NCBI RefSeq assembly: GCF_006345805.1
Contig: NW_021833726.1
Location: 1,172-65,171, forward strand
DNA: 64,000 bases
Direction: 5' to 3'
Source: Octopus sinensis
Taxonomy: Eukaryota
The notes below the pieces were generated by a model. That model made no database searches and was not told the origin of the DNA. It saw only the letters and a program-made list of their open reading frames with translations. A program made the position numbers and the translations under genes. Positions 13,625 through 25,667 of this stretch are shown one piece after another. Every line of letters begins with the position of its first letter. The stretch's first letter is position 1.

Positions 13625-13830
13625 TGCATGTCTTTGTGTCTGTCTCCCCACCTAAGCCTGAAACTGGTGTTGGAGTGTTTACGTTAGCGTAACTTAGCAG
13701 TTCGGTAAATGAAAACCATAAGAATTAGTACCGGGTTTAAAAAATAAATCTGGGTTTGATTTCTTCGACTAAAATCATTCAAGACGGTACTCCATTATGG
13801 CCACAGCCAAAGATGACTAAACAAGTAAAT
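13220..13830 (+). mobile_element. CORE-type SINE (OR2-like) split by (TA)n expansion
   Basis: atcttgggcaagtg..gaagcccgtc, then tail aacttagcagttcgg..atgactaaacaagtaaa. Confidence 0.7.
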
Positions 13831-13900
13831 GATATATACATATATATATATATATAATATATATATATATTATATTATATATATATATATATATATATAC

Positions 13901-13931
<31 letters not shown>

Positions 13932-13965
13932 ATATTTATACATATATATATATATATATATATAC

Positions 13966-14105
13966 AATTGCAGCATGGATAGTGTTTATAAGCCATTTAA
14001 AAACACATAAAAACCGTTAGATTCACTTCAACATTTAATTTAATTTGTCAAAATATTTTCGTCACTTTGAAACCGCGACCTGTTCACTGACAAAATTCCG
14101 TGCAC
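13966..14105 (-). mobile_element. (TA)n-anchored hammerhead mini-element (Penelope-like pLTR remnant)
   Basis: Contains the 14044 motif; 3' end abuts (TA)n at about 13830-13965. Confidence 0.55.
14044..14094 (-). ncRNA. Type-I hammerhead ribozyme motif, G3:C8 core variant
   Basis: UUUGUCA-GUGAACA-G-GUCGC(GGUUUCAAA)GUGAC-GAA-AAUAUU-U-UGACAAA: 7-bp helix I, 5-bp helix II, palindromic helix III. Confidence 0.7.
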
Positions 14106-14622
14106 AAACAAGACATTTTAAAGTGTAGTCACTTCTGTCACGTTTGTGAGCCCTATTAATTTTGAATTCAGGTTCAAATTGCTAATAAGCCACCCTTTTT
14201 AATTTGTTGCTTACACTTTTACCGTTTTGAAAATCAGAAAACTCGTTTTCAACGGTTTTTCTTATAAGATTGATAAAGGAAGGCAATTTTAACTCTAAGC
14301 GTTCAGAGTCGCTGAGTGGAATTTAATTGTCTACACCAAAATCCGAAACCGCGATCCAAATATGTACGGTGGGGACTTACCTCCTTTTGTCAGTCATAAA
14401 ATACATTGGCTTTGTGGCTTTTGATTTATTTTATCTCTTATTTTTAGCAAAACGGTGCTAGTCAGTACCCTCTGTCACCGTGATCTCTATTAATTTGCCT
14501 TTAGGATTCTAATCGCTAATAAGCCACCAGCTGTCTTCTCATTCTAAGGGTGAACGAAGCTATGTTTTGTACTCCAATACGTTCTTAACAGAATACACCC
14601 AACTCAACTGTATGTATGTATA

Positions 14623-14670
<48 letters not shown>

Positions 14671-14764
14671 ATCTAAACATGAAAGCACAAAAAAACACAG
14701 CAACGCGAGGACGTGGAACAAATATAGTATTATTGGACGCTCAGGAAAGAAGGAAAGAAGGAGG

Positions 14765-14798
14765 GTTTAACGTTCGAGCGGAGCTCTTCGTCGGAAAC
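14765..14798 (-). ncRNA. Minimal type-I hammerhead motif (U4C; one A missing in GAAA)
   Basis: GUUU-CCGACGA-A-GAGC(UCC)GCUC-GAA-CGU-U-AAAC; the element 14666-14930 lies between two (TA)n tracts. Confidence 0.65.
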
Positions 14799-14936
14799 AT
14801 AGGAGAAGGAAAGATCCAGAGAAGGAAGACAGAGGAAAAAAATCGCCAACGGTACACACGCGGTCACATTTGTATCGTCTGTCTAGATGTTTTGCGTTCT
14901 TGTCCCATTTTTATATTTATATATATAAGTGTGTGG

Positions 14937-15023
<87 letters not shown>

Positions 15024-15159
15024 CATGTGAGAGAGGTAGAGAGAACAAAAACACATTTGACAGGTGTACATATTCAAAGGGAAGGAGAGGGAAAGAGAGT
15101 GAGGCATAGTGGGAGGAGAGAAAGATAGAGAAATTGAATAAATAAGAGAGTCAGTCAGA

Positions 15160-15790
15160 AAATGAACATGGTTAGTGTTTGGAGTGAAACAAGCCGGCAC
15201 AGGACTGGCTGGTTATATGAAACTGCTAGAAATAGCAGGCTTAGCCCCAAATTGCACTCATGATCAGCGAGTTGGATTAGATATACACTTACGTCTAGAA
15301 TGGTCAATACGTTATTGTAGACACCGACATGTGACCAGAAGGGTCCACGAAAATGCTCCATATTTACATTGCATTGCGGTGATCGGAACTGATGCCGTAT
15401 ATATGACTAGCAGAAGCGGAATCCAAGTAGTTGGATACGATGATAACATACTTGGAAACAACGTAGATATGTCGTTTTGACAAAAGGACAAACACTGCAT
15501 TCAACGCGGGTATAAGCCGACATTCTAGCTTGGATGGGTCTCGTTACAAAGAGCTTTTGACCAAACTTCGGGTAGTCATAGTTCTGTCATATTCAGAGAA
15601 CCTGACAAACTGTAAAGATGAAATTTAAGGAAGTTGATATGATGAATCGGTTGTGCAGCAAGGAGGGAAAATAGGAGGGAAAATATAGTTGACCGAAGAG
15701 CCTTTGCCGAAGAGGTGATAGCATTTAGTAACCTGGGCTTCACAGTTAGCCATGTCCACAGAATGCTGGACGTTGCCTCCAGCCAGGGCC
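15160..15790 (-). mobile_element. Possible decayed L2/CR1-type LINE
   Basis: GC-richer island with faint MEH..WS and LADH..SLLF similarity only. Confidence 0.25.
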
Positions 15791-15811
15791 ATATATATTA
15801 ACTATATCATA

Positions 15812-16007
15812 AATATTGGTTTCGAATTTTGGTACAAAGCCTGTAATTTCGGGGAGGGAAATTAAGTCGATTACTTAACTGGTATTCACTATATCGACCC
15901 CGAAAGGAAGAAATGCAATGTCGACCTCGGCAAAATTTGAATTCAGAACGAAATGCCGCTAAGCATTTTTTCCGGCGTGCTAACGATTCTGCCAGTTCGT
16001 CGCCTTA
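15812..16007 (-). mobile_element. tRNA-derived SINE
   Basis: tcgaccccgaaagga..gtcgacctcggc..gtgctaacgattctgccag. Confidence 0.85.
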
Positions 16008-16209
16008 GTCGCATCACAAATATTAAGTGGAGTTTCATATATTAGTCATATAGTTTTATATTGTTCAAATTAGTCAGTTGCCATATATCTGTGATGTATA
16101 CACATTTCCTCCACATTTTTATTTTTTAAGATGGTGCAAATTATTTTAATTAAAAGATGTTAATTTTGCACAGTTTTTCTCCTTATATATATTCCATCCA
16201 GCTCATATC

Positions 16210-16258
<49 letters not shown>

Positions 16259-16261
<3 letters not shown>

Positions 16262-16410
16262 GAGTAGCACATAAATGTGAAACAAGGTGGAAAAAGAGTA
16301 CTCAAATACCAGAGGTAGAGTAATATGCTTTATTTAAAAGCAGCAGAAATATAACAAGAGCTGTTACTCGGAGTTTTACGTTCCTGTTCGTCAGACCGTT
16401 TTGTTAAAAT
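16259..16410 (-). mobile_element. (TA)n-anchored hammerhead mini-element, 3-copy family (also 19101-19247 + and 61472-61610 -)
   Basis: Shared ggagtarcacata...gagtactcaaatacc...taatatgctttattt sequence; all three copies end in (TA)n. Confidence 0.7.
16361..16398 (-). ncRNA. Minimal type-I hammerhead motif, G12A-mutated copy
   Basis: CGGU-CUGACGA-ACA(GGAA)CGU-AAA-ACUC(C)GAGU-A-ACAG; homologous to 19108 and 61573. Confidence 0.65.
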
Positions 16411-17933
16411 AGAACCGAAATAACGATTTGATCAAAACTAGTTGAAGGACACACCTTTAAAAATAGATTTGTTCCATTGGTCCTTTCAAATAACGGTCTT
16501 AGGCAAGCGATAAACAAAATAAACAAAATAAATGAATTCAATATAAATTATAAAAGAAAAATCGAGGAAAAACCTTAAATCGAAGAGCGGATTCAAAATA
16601 CATATTATCGTTAATTATATAGAAAATATAATTCAATTAATACAATTAATACAAAAGAATTTAAATTTATTCAAATATTTCACAACAGTATATACTCAAA
16701 CTAAACCATCAATATACATATATACATCAAAATACACATATAGATGTACACAGACCACATACATATGCAGACATATAAATGCAAAACGTAAATATACACT
16801 CAAATACACGTATACATATGTATACGCAATCTTGTCCGCATGCCAAAATCACTTGGTGTATACATATAGACTAGAAGTAAAAACGCAGAGAGGGGGAAGA
16901 AAAAGAAAAGAAAAGGTAACGATCTTATAAGCAACAGAAAGCTAAAGAAGTGAGTAAAGTTACAGGACCCTATACAAGTAACGAATAGGGAGAGAAACAA
17001 ATTAATATGGAAAGAAAGGAAGAAAGAAAGAAGTCTGAATATGCGTAATGAACGTTCAAAAAATAAAATTACGTATACATGTGTATATAAAAGTGTATAT
17101 TAGAAGTAAATACGCATATAAGGACACATATATAAATATATAGAGACAAGTACGTAAATACACATCCACAAGTGAATACATGCATACATATACATCCATG
17201 TATATATGTGTATAAGTATAAACATACACGCTCACTTACACATATACATAGAGGCGTGCATGCGAATATATATACATGCCAATACAAATATTCACATAAA
17301 AACATGACTAGGATCTGACGTATATACAAACAACATTTTTTTTAAATTGCTGAGTGCATAATTATAAATTTTAGATAAAGAACATGCAAAATATAACACC
17401 TTATATCGAATTATCACTGATATTAAAATCCCCTTAAAATGTTTAATCCTCAGGAGCATATTTCTAAATGTATTGCAACTTTTAAAATATTTTGATTTAA
17501 ATATTTATTTCTTAGAAAAATCCCTAGCCTCCAAAAATGCAGCACCTTCCCTAGTGTCTTCTTGATATTTGCTGTCCTGTTAAGGGCTCACAAAGTCCCT
17601 TGAAGAGATTGTCATCAAAGTTTAGGAGATGGTTTCTTTTGAGATTTCTTCGCGATTTATTGTCATTTCTAATGGAAAAGAGTCAAACAGTGCTGCAGGC
17701 TTAGGTGCTTCCTTCCCTCCGAATGCAACGATTTAGCATCCACAAAAGTAGAATATGGTGTATGAGAGTTCATATCTTCATATAATAAGGATTGCGAAGA
17801 TTGCCGCGCTCTCAAAGCACTTCCATTACGTTTCGCAGTTTCTGCCTCTCTTCCGCTCTTCCTCTCTTCCGCTCTGCCTCTCTTCCGCTCTTCCTCTCTT
17901 CTCTCTACGTGTGTGTATACTCATATACATAAT

Positions 17934-17973
<40 letters not shown>

Positions 17974-18223
17974 TATGTGCGAATATGTGTTTTCTGTGTC
18001 TGTCATTCTCTTGTCAATTTCTTTCATTTCTCATTACCACTGTTGAAAACATTTAGTTAATTTGTCATTGTAGAAAAGAAATTTCATATTTCAAAAGAAG
18101 TTGCTTATTACAAACCGTAAACAAAAATGTCAATCAAAATTCATGTCATTTCAGGAAACTCACAAATAAACATTTGTTTTTTAATGATTACTTTTCTTAA
18201 GTTACTTAAAAAATAATAACCTC

Positions 18224-18335
<112 letters not shown>

Positions 18336-18451
18336 GTGTCACTATATTTTTCTTTCTATCTGTATTTTTTTCTTTTCACTATCACTTTCTCTCTCACTTT
18401 CTCTCCCTCTTTCTCTTTCTCTCTCTGTACATGTGTGTATTCATGTATATA

Positions 18452-18497
<46 letters not shown>

Positions 18498-18630
18498 TAA
18501 ATGAAAGAATGGAGTCGAACGAAGACGTCAATTCTTCTAACGGTTTTTTTAAGAAAACACTCATTATCGCTTTGTTTACCATGTAGGCAATCATCGAAAT
18601 TTTTGTTTGTCTTATTGTCGAGAGGCTCCC

Positions 18631-18721
18631 TTTCTTTACTGATGAGAAGATTGCATAATGCACCTTTATCCTTTGGAATGAAAACATGCTGTCTTCGAAA
18701 CATGTGTCGAGAGTAAAGGAA
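18631..18721 (+). ncRNA. Candidate hammerhead motif with long helix II
   Basis: CUGAUGA-GAAGA...UCUUC-GAA-ACA(UG)UGU-C; helix I pairs only out of register (UUUCUUUA/UAAAGGAA after a 5-nt insert). Confidence 0.45.
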
Positions 18722-18915
18722 TTTTGTTAACATTCGTTCGACTCCATTCTTTCATTTATTCATATACAACACACAAATTTCTACACATGAACCCGGAGTT
18801 TCTAACCCTTGACAGGTTGCTTCAACCGTGTTTCTGACGTGAATTTGCTACCCAGGTTTCGGTTAAATGAATTTTCCATGCTGACGATAAACATAGGATA
18901 ATTCATTCAACTACC

Positions 18916-18959
<44 letters not shown>

Positions 18960-18993
18960 TATATATATATATATATATATATATTCTCACATC

Positions 18994-19041
18994 GTCTCTG
19001 ATGAAAGGATATCCATAGTATCCCAGAAACAGCTGTAAGGC
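18994..19041 (+). ncRNA. Type-I hammerhead motif
   Basis: GUCU-CUGAUGA-AA-GGAUA(UCCAUAG)UAUCC-CA-GAA-ACAGCUGU-A-AGGC; helix III is a perfect 8-nt palindrome. Confidence 0.78.
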
Positions 19042-19100
19042 TATTTCATTATAAATGTCTTGGCTTTGTATCTCATTCTGGCTAATATATATATATATAT

Positions 19101-19247
19101 GCAAAAACTGTCTGATGAACGGCAACGGGAAACTCAGAGTAACAGGTTTTGTTGAATTTTCTGCTGCTTTAAATAAAGCATATTACTCTACCACTGGTAT
19201 TGAGTACTTTTTTCCACCTTGTTTCACATTTATGTGTTTACTCCGGT
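19101..19247 (+). mobile_element. (TA)n-anchored hammerhead mini-element, 3-copy family
   Basis: Reverse-complement homologue of 16259 and 61472; (TA)n on both sides. Confidence 0.72.
19108..19145 (+). ncRNA. Minimal type-I hammerhead motif
   Basis: CUGU-CUGAUGA-A-CG(GCAA)CG-G-GAA-ACUC(A)GAGU-A-ACAG; intact core, GNRA loop, GUA triplet. Confidence 0.82.
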
Positions 19248-20339
19248 ATATATATATTATATATATATATATATATATATTAATATATACATATATCATT
19301 GTTATTTTTATCCACCACGCTAATATAATTAGTTGATAATAATAAAACAATAACGTAAGCGGTTGCAGGTCTAAAATAAATTATGTACCTATAGAATTAA
19401 AATTTATAGCAATCATAAGAGCACACAAATGTGCCTGTCTGCTAGAAATAAGAGTTAAAGCCCTCATTTAAACCATCAATAATTACATTGAAAGTTACGA
19501 CAGAAAATCAACAGTAGTTGGGCGAACGGGCCAAAACTAAACTTTCACATACCTTTCCAATGCTATATATTTCTTAGTATTTGGATACGTGTGAACCGGA
19601 TCTTGGGCGGGTTGAAAAGGTTTTTCAACCGGTAATACTTACTGAGGAAGGTAAAACTGTATGTCAAAACTGAAACCGCGGTCCTTGCGTTTCCAAATAC
19701 TAAGAAATATATAGCATTGGGCTATATAGGTATGTGAAAGTGTTTTGGCTTGTTTGCCCGACTACCGTTGATTTTCTGTCATAATTTTCAGTGTAATTAT
19801 TAGTGGTTTAAATGAGGGTTTATATCTTATTTCTAGCAGATAGGCGCATTTGTATGCCCTTGTGATATACACACACATATCTCCCTCTCTTTCTTCTTTC
19901 TTTGCCTCGCTTTCTCTCATTCTCTTTTTCTTTTTTTACTTCCTTCTCTCTCACTTTTCCCTTTTTATCTCTGTATCTTTCTCTTCCTTTCTCCCTCTCT
20001 TGTTTCGCACGTACGGATTATTTTTTCCGATCTAAGTCAATTTACTACAGAAGAGGATGTTACAGGCGTTCTAATCATATGAATGATATATTCACGACAA
20101 ATGTTGCCTGCAAGACATTGATTATCAAAATTATGAAAATTTCCTAGACAGGGAATGCTATATATAATATTGTATAAGGGGGAAAAAGGGAAAAGCTAAT
20201 AAATATTTTGCTTAATTAGATGTTTCTTTTATTTAAGTATTGTTTTCCCTGTACTCTAAATATTTCTTCTGTGGATATATAGCTACTTTCCAACAAAAAA
20301 AAAATACCATTTATTTTGGGCATAAAACAACGGATTATG

Positions 20340-20556
20340 TACGAGGGGTGGGGCTGAAAAAATTCCGGCTTTTAACAATATTGTGAAATGCCTGGCTCAA
20401 CCATCCGAGTTCTTTTAGAGCGCTTAGAAAAACTGAAAAACCGCCTCAATAAGTGTGTAAATCTCAGAGGGGAATATGTTTAATAAAATCATAATTAATT
20501 GAACCTTTTGGATTTTCTTTTACCCCAAGCCAGGAACTTTTCGGCACACCCTCCTA
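20340..20556. mobile_element. Mariner-derived MITE
   Basis: TA-cgaggggtggggctgaaaaaattccggctt / aagccaggaacttttcggcacaccctcc-TA; internal transposase C-terminal remnant. Confidence 0.7.
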
Positions 20557-20811
20557 TGAGTACATTATATCGGAGTGTTTTACTACTCAGTCTCTTTACT
20601 TAATGAGTAACATATAAAAACCAAAAATACCATGGATATTACAGTATTATATCAGATTATGATAACTTCTTTTTAATGAAGGTTATGATTTCAAAATAAA
20701 ATAGGATATTTTTTAGATAATAATTAAATGTAACTTAATTTAGAGTTGACGTTAAAAAAATAATAGTAATAACTAATTAGATGAAATAAAGAAATTGCGA
20801 AGGAAACTTAC

Positions 20812-21042
20812 TGTTCTTTTTATACAGTAGAATTTCAACCTGTTCCTGTTGTAATTTCTCAAAGGATACACGAACCTTCTCGAGTATATTTTTGTCTGTG
20901 AGTTCTCCATACATGAAGCTGCATGTGCTACTCTTTTGCATGACTTCAGCTCGGTTGTAACCGGAAAGTTTGCAAAAGCCATCGTTACAATATACAATTG
21001 GATAATCGACAATTCGGGCATTGGCGAGTAAGAAGCAGCTAT
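20812..21042 (-). CDS. eag: Internal coding exon (exon 2 equivalent) of an ether-a-go-go (Eag-subfamily, KCNH1/KCNH5-like) K+ channel, PAS domain
   Basis: Minus strand ttttatcttttacag|AT AGC...AAG AAC A|gtaagt; 231 nt, phase 1/1, open frame (D)[92 protein letters not shown] is Eag-type rather than Erg or Elk. The frame is not in the ORF track. Confidence 0.96.
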
Positions 21043-21375
21043 CTGTAAAAGATAAAAATTAAAATTATAATTATTATAATACAGCAGTATATTTCTGTAA
21101 AAATATGTAAATGAAAAAACATAGAGGAAATTGTATATCCTTGCAGGGTATCGATAAGTTATGGGGGGAAATACGTAGTGATCTTTGGTCCTACGGTTCG
21201 TTTTAGGTATTACGGCTTTGGTCAAAATGGAGAATCACCTTCTACCTACAGTTTTTACGATAAATCTCTTCTCTACATCTTTTATTAGTTCTCCAGAACG
21301 GGGACCAATGGTATGCAGAAAGCATGGATTGTCTGACAGAGTTACGTCATGTTCTGTTTTGGTTTACTTACAGCT

Positions 21376-22440
21376 CATAGGGCGGTTTCATTCCTTAGAT
21401 ATGGAGCAGGGGTAATCGCATGGACAGTAGACGAACTAAACAGCTTAGACAGAAAGACAAGGAAGTTGCTAACTAGATACGGAACACTCCACCCAAAAAG
21501 TGACGCAGACGGAGTGTATATACCAAGAAAAAGAGGGGGAAGAGAACTGATTGAATGCGAACACAGCATTACAGCAGAGGAAAACAACATAGCATGGTAT
21601 GTAATAAATGCCACAGAACTCCTATTATTAGAAGTAAGAAGATCAGGCTGGTGTAGGATGAAAGATTGCAAAGATAAATTACTGTACAAGAAATTCAAAA
21701 TGAAACTGAAAACAGGTGGGCAAAGAAAAGAATGCATGGTCAATTTCATAGGGATGTTGAAGATAAGACAGACAGAGAAAAAAGATGGCTGTGGATGACT
21801 AAAAGTGATTTAAAACCGGAAACGGAGGCTCTAATCTGTGCTGCCCAAAAGCAAGCACTAAGAACAAACTACATAAAATACAGAATAGACAACACATCTG
21901 AAAGTGATAACTGCAGAATCTGTGGACAAAACTGTGAAACCATATGGCATATTACCAGCCAATGTACGCCACTTGCCCAGAAGGAATATAAGAGGTGCCA
22001 TGACAATATAGCCAGGCTTGTACATTGGACACTTTGCAACAAGTATGGACTTGACAGAGCAAAAAATTGGTACGACCACAAACCTGAAGGTATTGTCGAA
22101 AATAAAAATGCAAAGATCCTCTGGGATTTTATGATTCAGTGCGACCATGAGATAGAGAATAGGAAGCCAGACATAGTCTTAATTGAGAAAGAAAGCAAAC
22201 TATACTGGATCATAGATATAGCATGCCCAGCTGACAACAAGGTATGCGATAAGGAAGAAAGAAAAGCAGGTTAGCTTGGGAAGTTAAGCAGTTGTGGTCG
22301 ATGAAAAAGGTAGCAGTAGTACCAATAATTGTCGGAGCCCTGGGAACAGTGAACAAAAATCTCGAGAAGTACGTGAAACAAATAGGGGCTGCAATAAGGG
22401 GTGGATCATTAGCATAAAAAAACTCTTGTAAAATCGGCAA
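21376..22440 (+). mobile_element. R4/Dong-clade element 3' half (thumb, CCHC knuckle, REL endonuclease)
   Basis: RYGAGVIAW, LHPKSD, CRICGQNCETIWHITSQC, ILWDFMIQCD, KPDIVLIEK, IIDIACP. Confidence 0.92.
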
Positions 22441-22589
22441 GAAGGAGAGTATTTGTGGACAATTACTTCCAAAATTGTAGCTGCTCTATTCTTTCAATAA
22501 ATTCATACATACATACATAGAAATACATACATACACACACACACATGATGGAATCTCTCATCAAAGACAATTTATGAATGTTCAGCATT

Positions 22590-22845
22590 TGCCAAACAAC
22601 CTGCACAAATTATTCGTTTATAGGGATCAAATGTATGTGTCGTACATTAAATCCCTTCCTCCATCAAATCGACATTACCTGAACAGGTACACAACTATAC
22701 TACGCGTCATGTGTCGAAGTGATTGCAGATCAATGCGAGACGAAGTGTTTTGCTGAAGAACACTACGTAGAACCCTGTCCAGGAATTGAAACCATGATCT
22801 CGCAGCCGAGAGTGCAACACCCTAACCACTAGGCCATGCGTCCTA
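22590..22845 (-). mobile_element. tRNA-derived SINE (OR1-like head)
   Basis: Reverse: tggcctagtggttaggg (A box), ggtttcaattcc (B box). Confidence 0.7.
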
Positions 22846-22897
22846 ACACACACACACACAAACTCACACACACACACACACAGACATACACTCACGC

Positions 22898-22972
<75 letters not shown>

Positions 22973-23264
22973 TATAGTCCAAAAATCGTGTGGTATACAC
23001 AGCAAAAGCTATTGGTGCACGTGTTTACATTAGTAAGTGACAATCTGGAAAAGCTAACGATTCTCGTCTAAAGTGCACTTTGCAATCTTTCGCTGGAACG
23101 CTATAAAATATGCACGGTTTTGTAAAGTTCAAATTTGTTAACCAAATCCCAGTGGTGGAGCATTTTTTTCACTTAGCAAATATTCTAAAAATCAAATGTG
23201 AAGGCGCACATACATTAAGTGTTTCAAACATTATAAAACGTTATTGTTTCACTAGTAAAAGCAT

Positions 23265-23510
23265 GATCTCTTATCTTGTTTCAGTCATTACACTGCGGCC
23301 ATGTGGAAGCTATAACTGGTACTTATTTTTTAAAGCCTGATAGTATTCTATAGGTTCTCTTTTGTCGAACCGCTAAGTTAGGGGGACGTAAAACAAATTT
23401 ACACTGATTACTTGTCAAGCTGTGGTGGGAGACGAACACAAAGACACACACACACTGATATGTACGGCCGGCTTCTTTCTGTTTCCGTCTATAAAATCCA
23501 CTCACATGCA
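23265..23510 (-). mobile_element. OR2-like SINE
   Basis: tttcagtcatt..ctgcggccat..gaaccgctaagtta..ttccgtcta. Confidence 0.75.
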
Positions 23511-24201
23511 TTATAAAGAAAATTAAATTAATTTGCTTCCTAGCCATACAAACTTTTCGATGTGCTTTTTAAATGAAGAATTTTTATAACCTCAATGTTT
23601 TGGCACATATTTACCGTAGAATGTTGTCTAAGATAGACGAGTGGGAAACTATGAGTGTGTGTCTGTGTGTGTGTGTGTGAGTGTGTACGTGTGCCAGAGA
23701 AATAGAAAGCGAGAAAGAAAGAATGAGTGGGTACTACTCAATCGTCCCATAACAACTTTCGCCTTCTTTTCTTGGACCCTTCCATAATTTATATTAAACT
23801 GACTTCGGACGCGCATTTATTTTCTTCGTGCATTATTCCTTGATGATTTAAGAATTGTATCTAAATTATGGATAACATTCTTTGGAATAGCGACTATATT
23901 TCAAAATGAACAAGTATCGATTCTTGTATGTATGTGTGTGTAGTGGGAGTGGTAGTGAGCGGTTTTGGTTTTAGTTGTGCATTTGTCTGTAACATTTTTA
24001 ATGATTCCCAAGAAACCTAATATAAATCTTTTTTTTTTCTTTTGTTTGTTTCTTGTCCCATTATTTTACTTTCTCCGCATTTCCAGATCTTTGTATTTAG
24101 GTGCCTTCGCTAAATTCTTAGAGATATATTTTCGACAGTTCGAATCGATACATCAATTAAGAAATATTTCATTATTTGTGTGTGTGTGTGTGTGGGTGTG
24201 T

Positions 24202-24276
<75 letters not shown>

Positions 24277-24434
24277 CGTGTGTGTCACCGCGGGTCTGTG
24301 TACGCTTCTGACATTGATACATGAGCAATTTGTAAGAAATGACACGTCTCATTATAACATCGGCATTTAACTATTCGAAATAATTTGTGATGTAGATTCC
24401 TGTCAATGTTTTTTCTGTGGGGATTTGGTAATAA

Positions 24435-24560
24435 TAGTTTCAAATTTTGGCACAAGTCCAGTAGCAATTGAGGGGAGGGGACGTCCAGGAAATCGACCCC
24501 TGTACTTGGCTGGTACTTATATAATAGAAAGGATAAAAAGCAAAGTCAACCTCGGCGGGG
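24435..24560 (-). mobile_element. SINE 3' part
   Basis: tcgacccc..ctggtactta..aaagtcaacctcggcgg. Confidence 0.65.
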
Positions 24561-24724
24561 ATATTTGGTGACAGAGACTCAATTTAGAACGGAACAATCC
24601 GTACCTGTCATGCATGCATACATGTACGTATGTATGTATGTGCATGTATGTATGTATGTATGTATGTATGTATGTATGTATGTGCATGTATGTATGTATG
24701 TATGTATGTATGTATGTATGTATG

Positions 24725-24758
<34 letters not shown>

Positions 24759-25101
24759 TGTATCTATATGAATGTGTGTGCATATGTATGTGTGTGTATG
24801 TATGTGTGTGTATGTGTGTATATATGTATGTGTGTATGTATATATATGTATAGAGTCGTTCTCTGTGTTTACTTGCCGTGTTTTCCAGTTTTTTCCTCAC
24901 CTTGCTTGCGAATTTAACATGTTTGGTTTCGTATTTCATGTTGTTTACTCAGTTGGTGACGTCCGGTACCCATATATGCATATATATACGATTTATATAT
25001 ATATATATATATAATTTATATTATTATTATATATATGTGTGTATATATATATATATGTATATATATACATACATACATACATACATACATACATACATAC
25101 A

Positions 25102-25132
<31 letters not shown>

Positions 25133-25139
25133 GTATTTT

Positions 25140-25338
25140 ATCTTTTTCTTGTTTCATTCATTAGACTGCGGCCATGCTGAGGCACAGTCTTGAAGAATTT
25201 TTTAGTCGAATGACTAGACCCCACTAATTACTTTTTTCATTTAAGCCTGGTACTTATTCTACCGGTCTCTTAAACACATCAACACATCAACACCGGTTTT
25301 CAAACGGTGGTGTTGGGACAAATAGACACAAAAACACT

Positions 25339-25372
<34 letters not shown>

Positions 25373-25620
25373 ATATATATATATATATAATATATATATA
25401 TATATATACATGTATATATATGTGTGTGTGTGTGTGGTGTGTGTGTGTGTGTGTATTATACACAACGGGCTTCTTTCAGTCTTCGTCTGCTAAATCCACC
25501 CTCAAGGATTTGGTCGGCCTGAGGTTACAGTAGAATACTCTTGCACAAAGTATCACGTAGTGGGACTGAACCCAGAACCATGTGTTTAGAAAGCAAGCAT
25601 CTTACTACCATACAACCATC
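25140..25620 (-). mobile_element. OR2-like SINE with internal microsatellite
   Basis: gactgcggccatgctg..acgggcttctttcagt..gtgggactgaacccagaaccatgtg. Confidence 0.8.
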
Positions 25621-25621
25621 C

Positions 25622-25667
<46 letters not shown>

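Noticed and set aside
20773-21225. 150-aa minus-strand ORF from the track
   Set aside because: It overlaps the eag exon in the wrong frame; the real coding frame is defined by the splice sites.
22720-22845. tRNA-like A/B boxes (here and in other SINE heads)
   Set aside because: No complete cloverleaf; these are SINE promoters, not tRNA genes.
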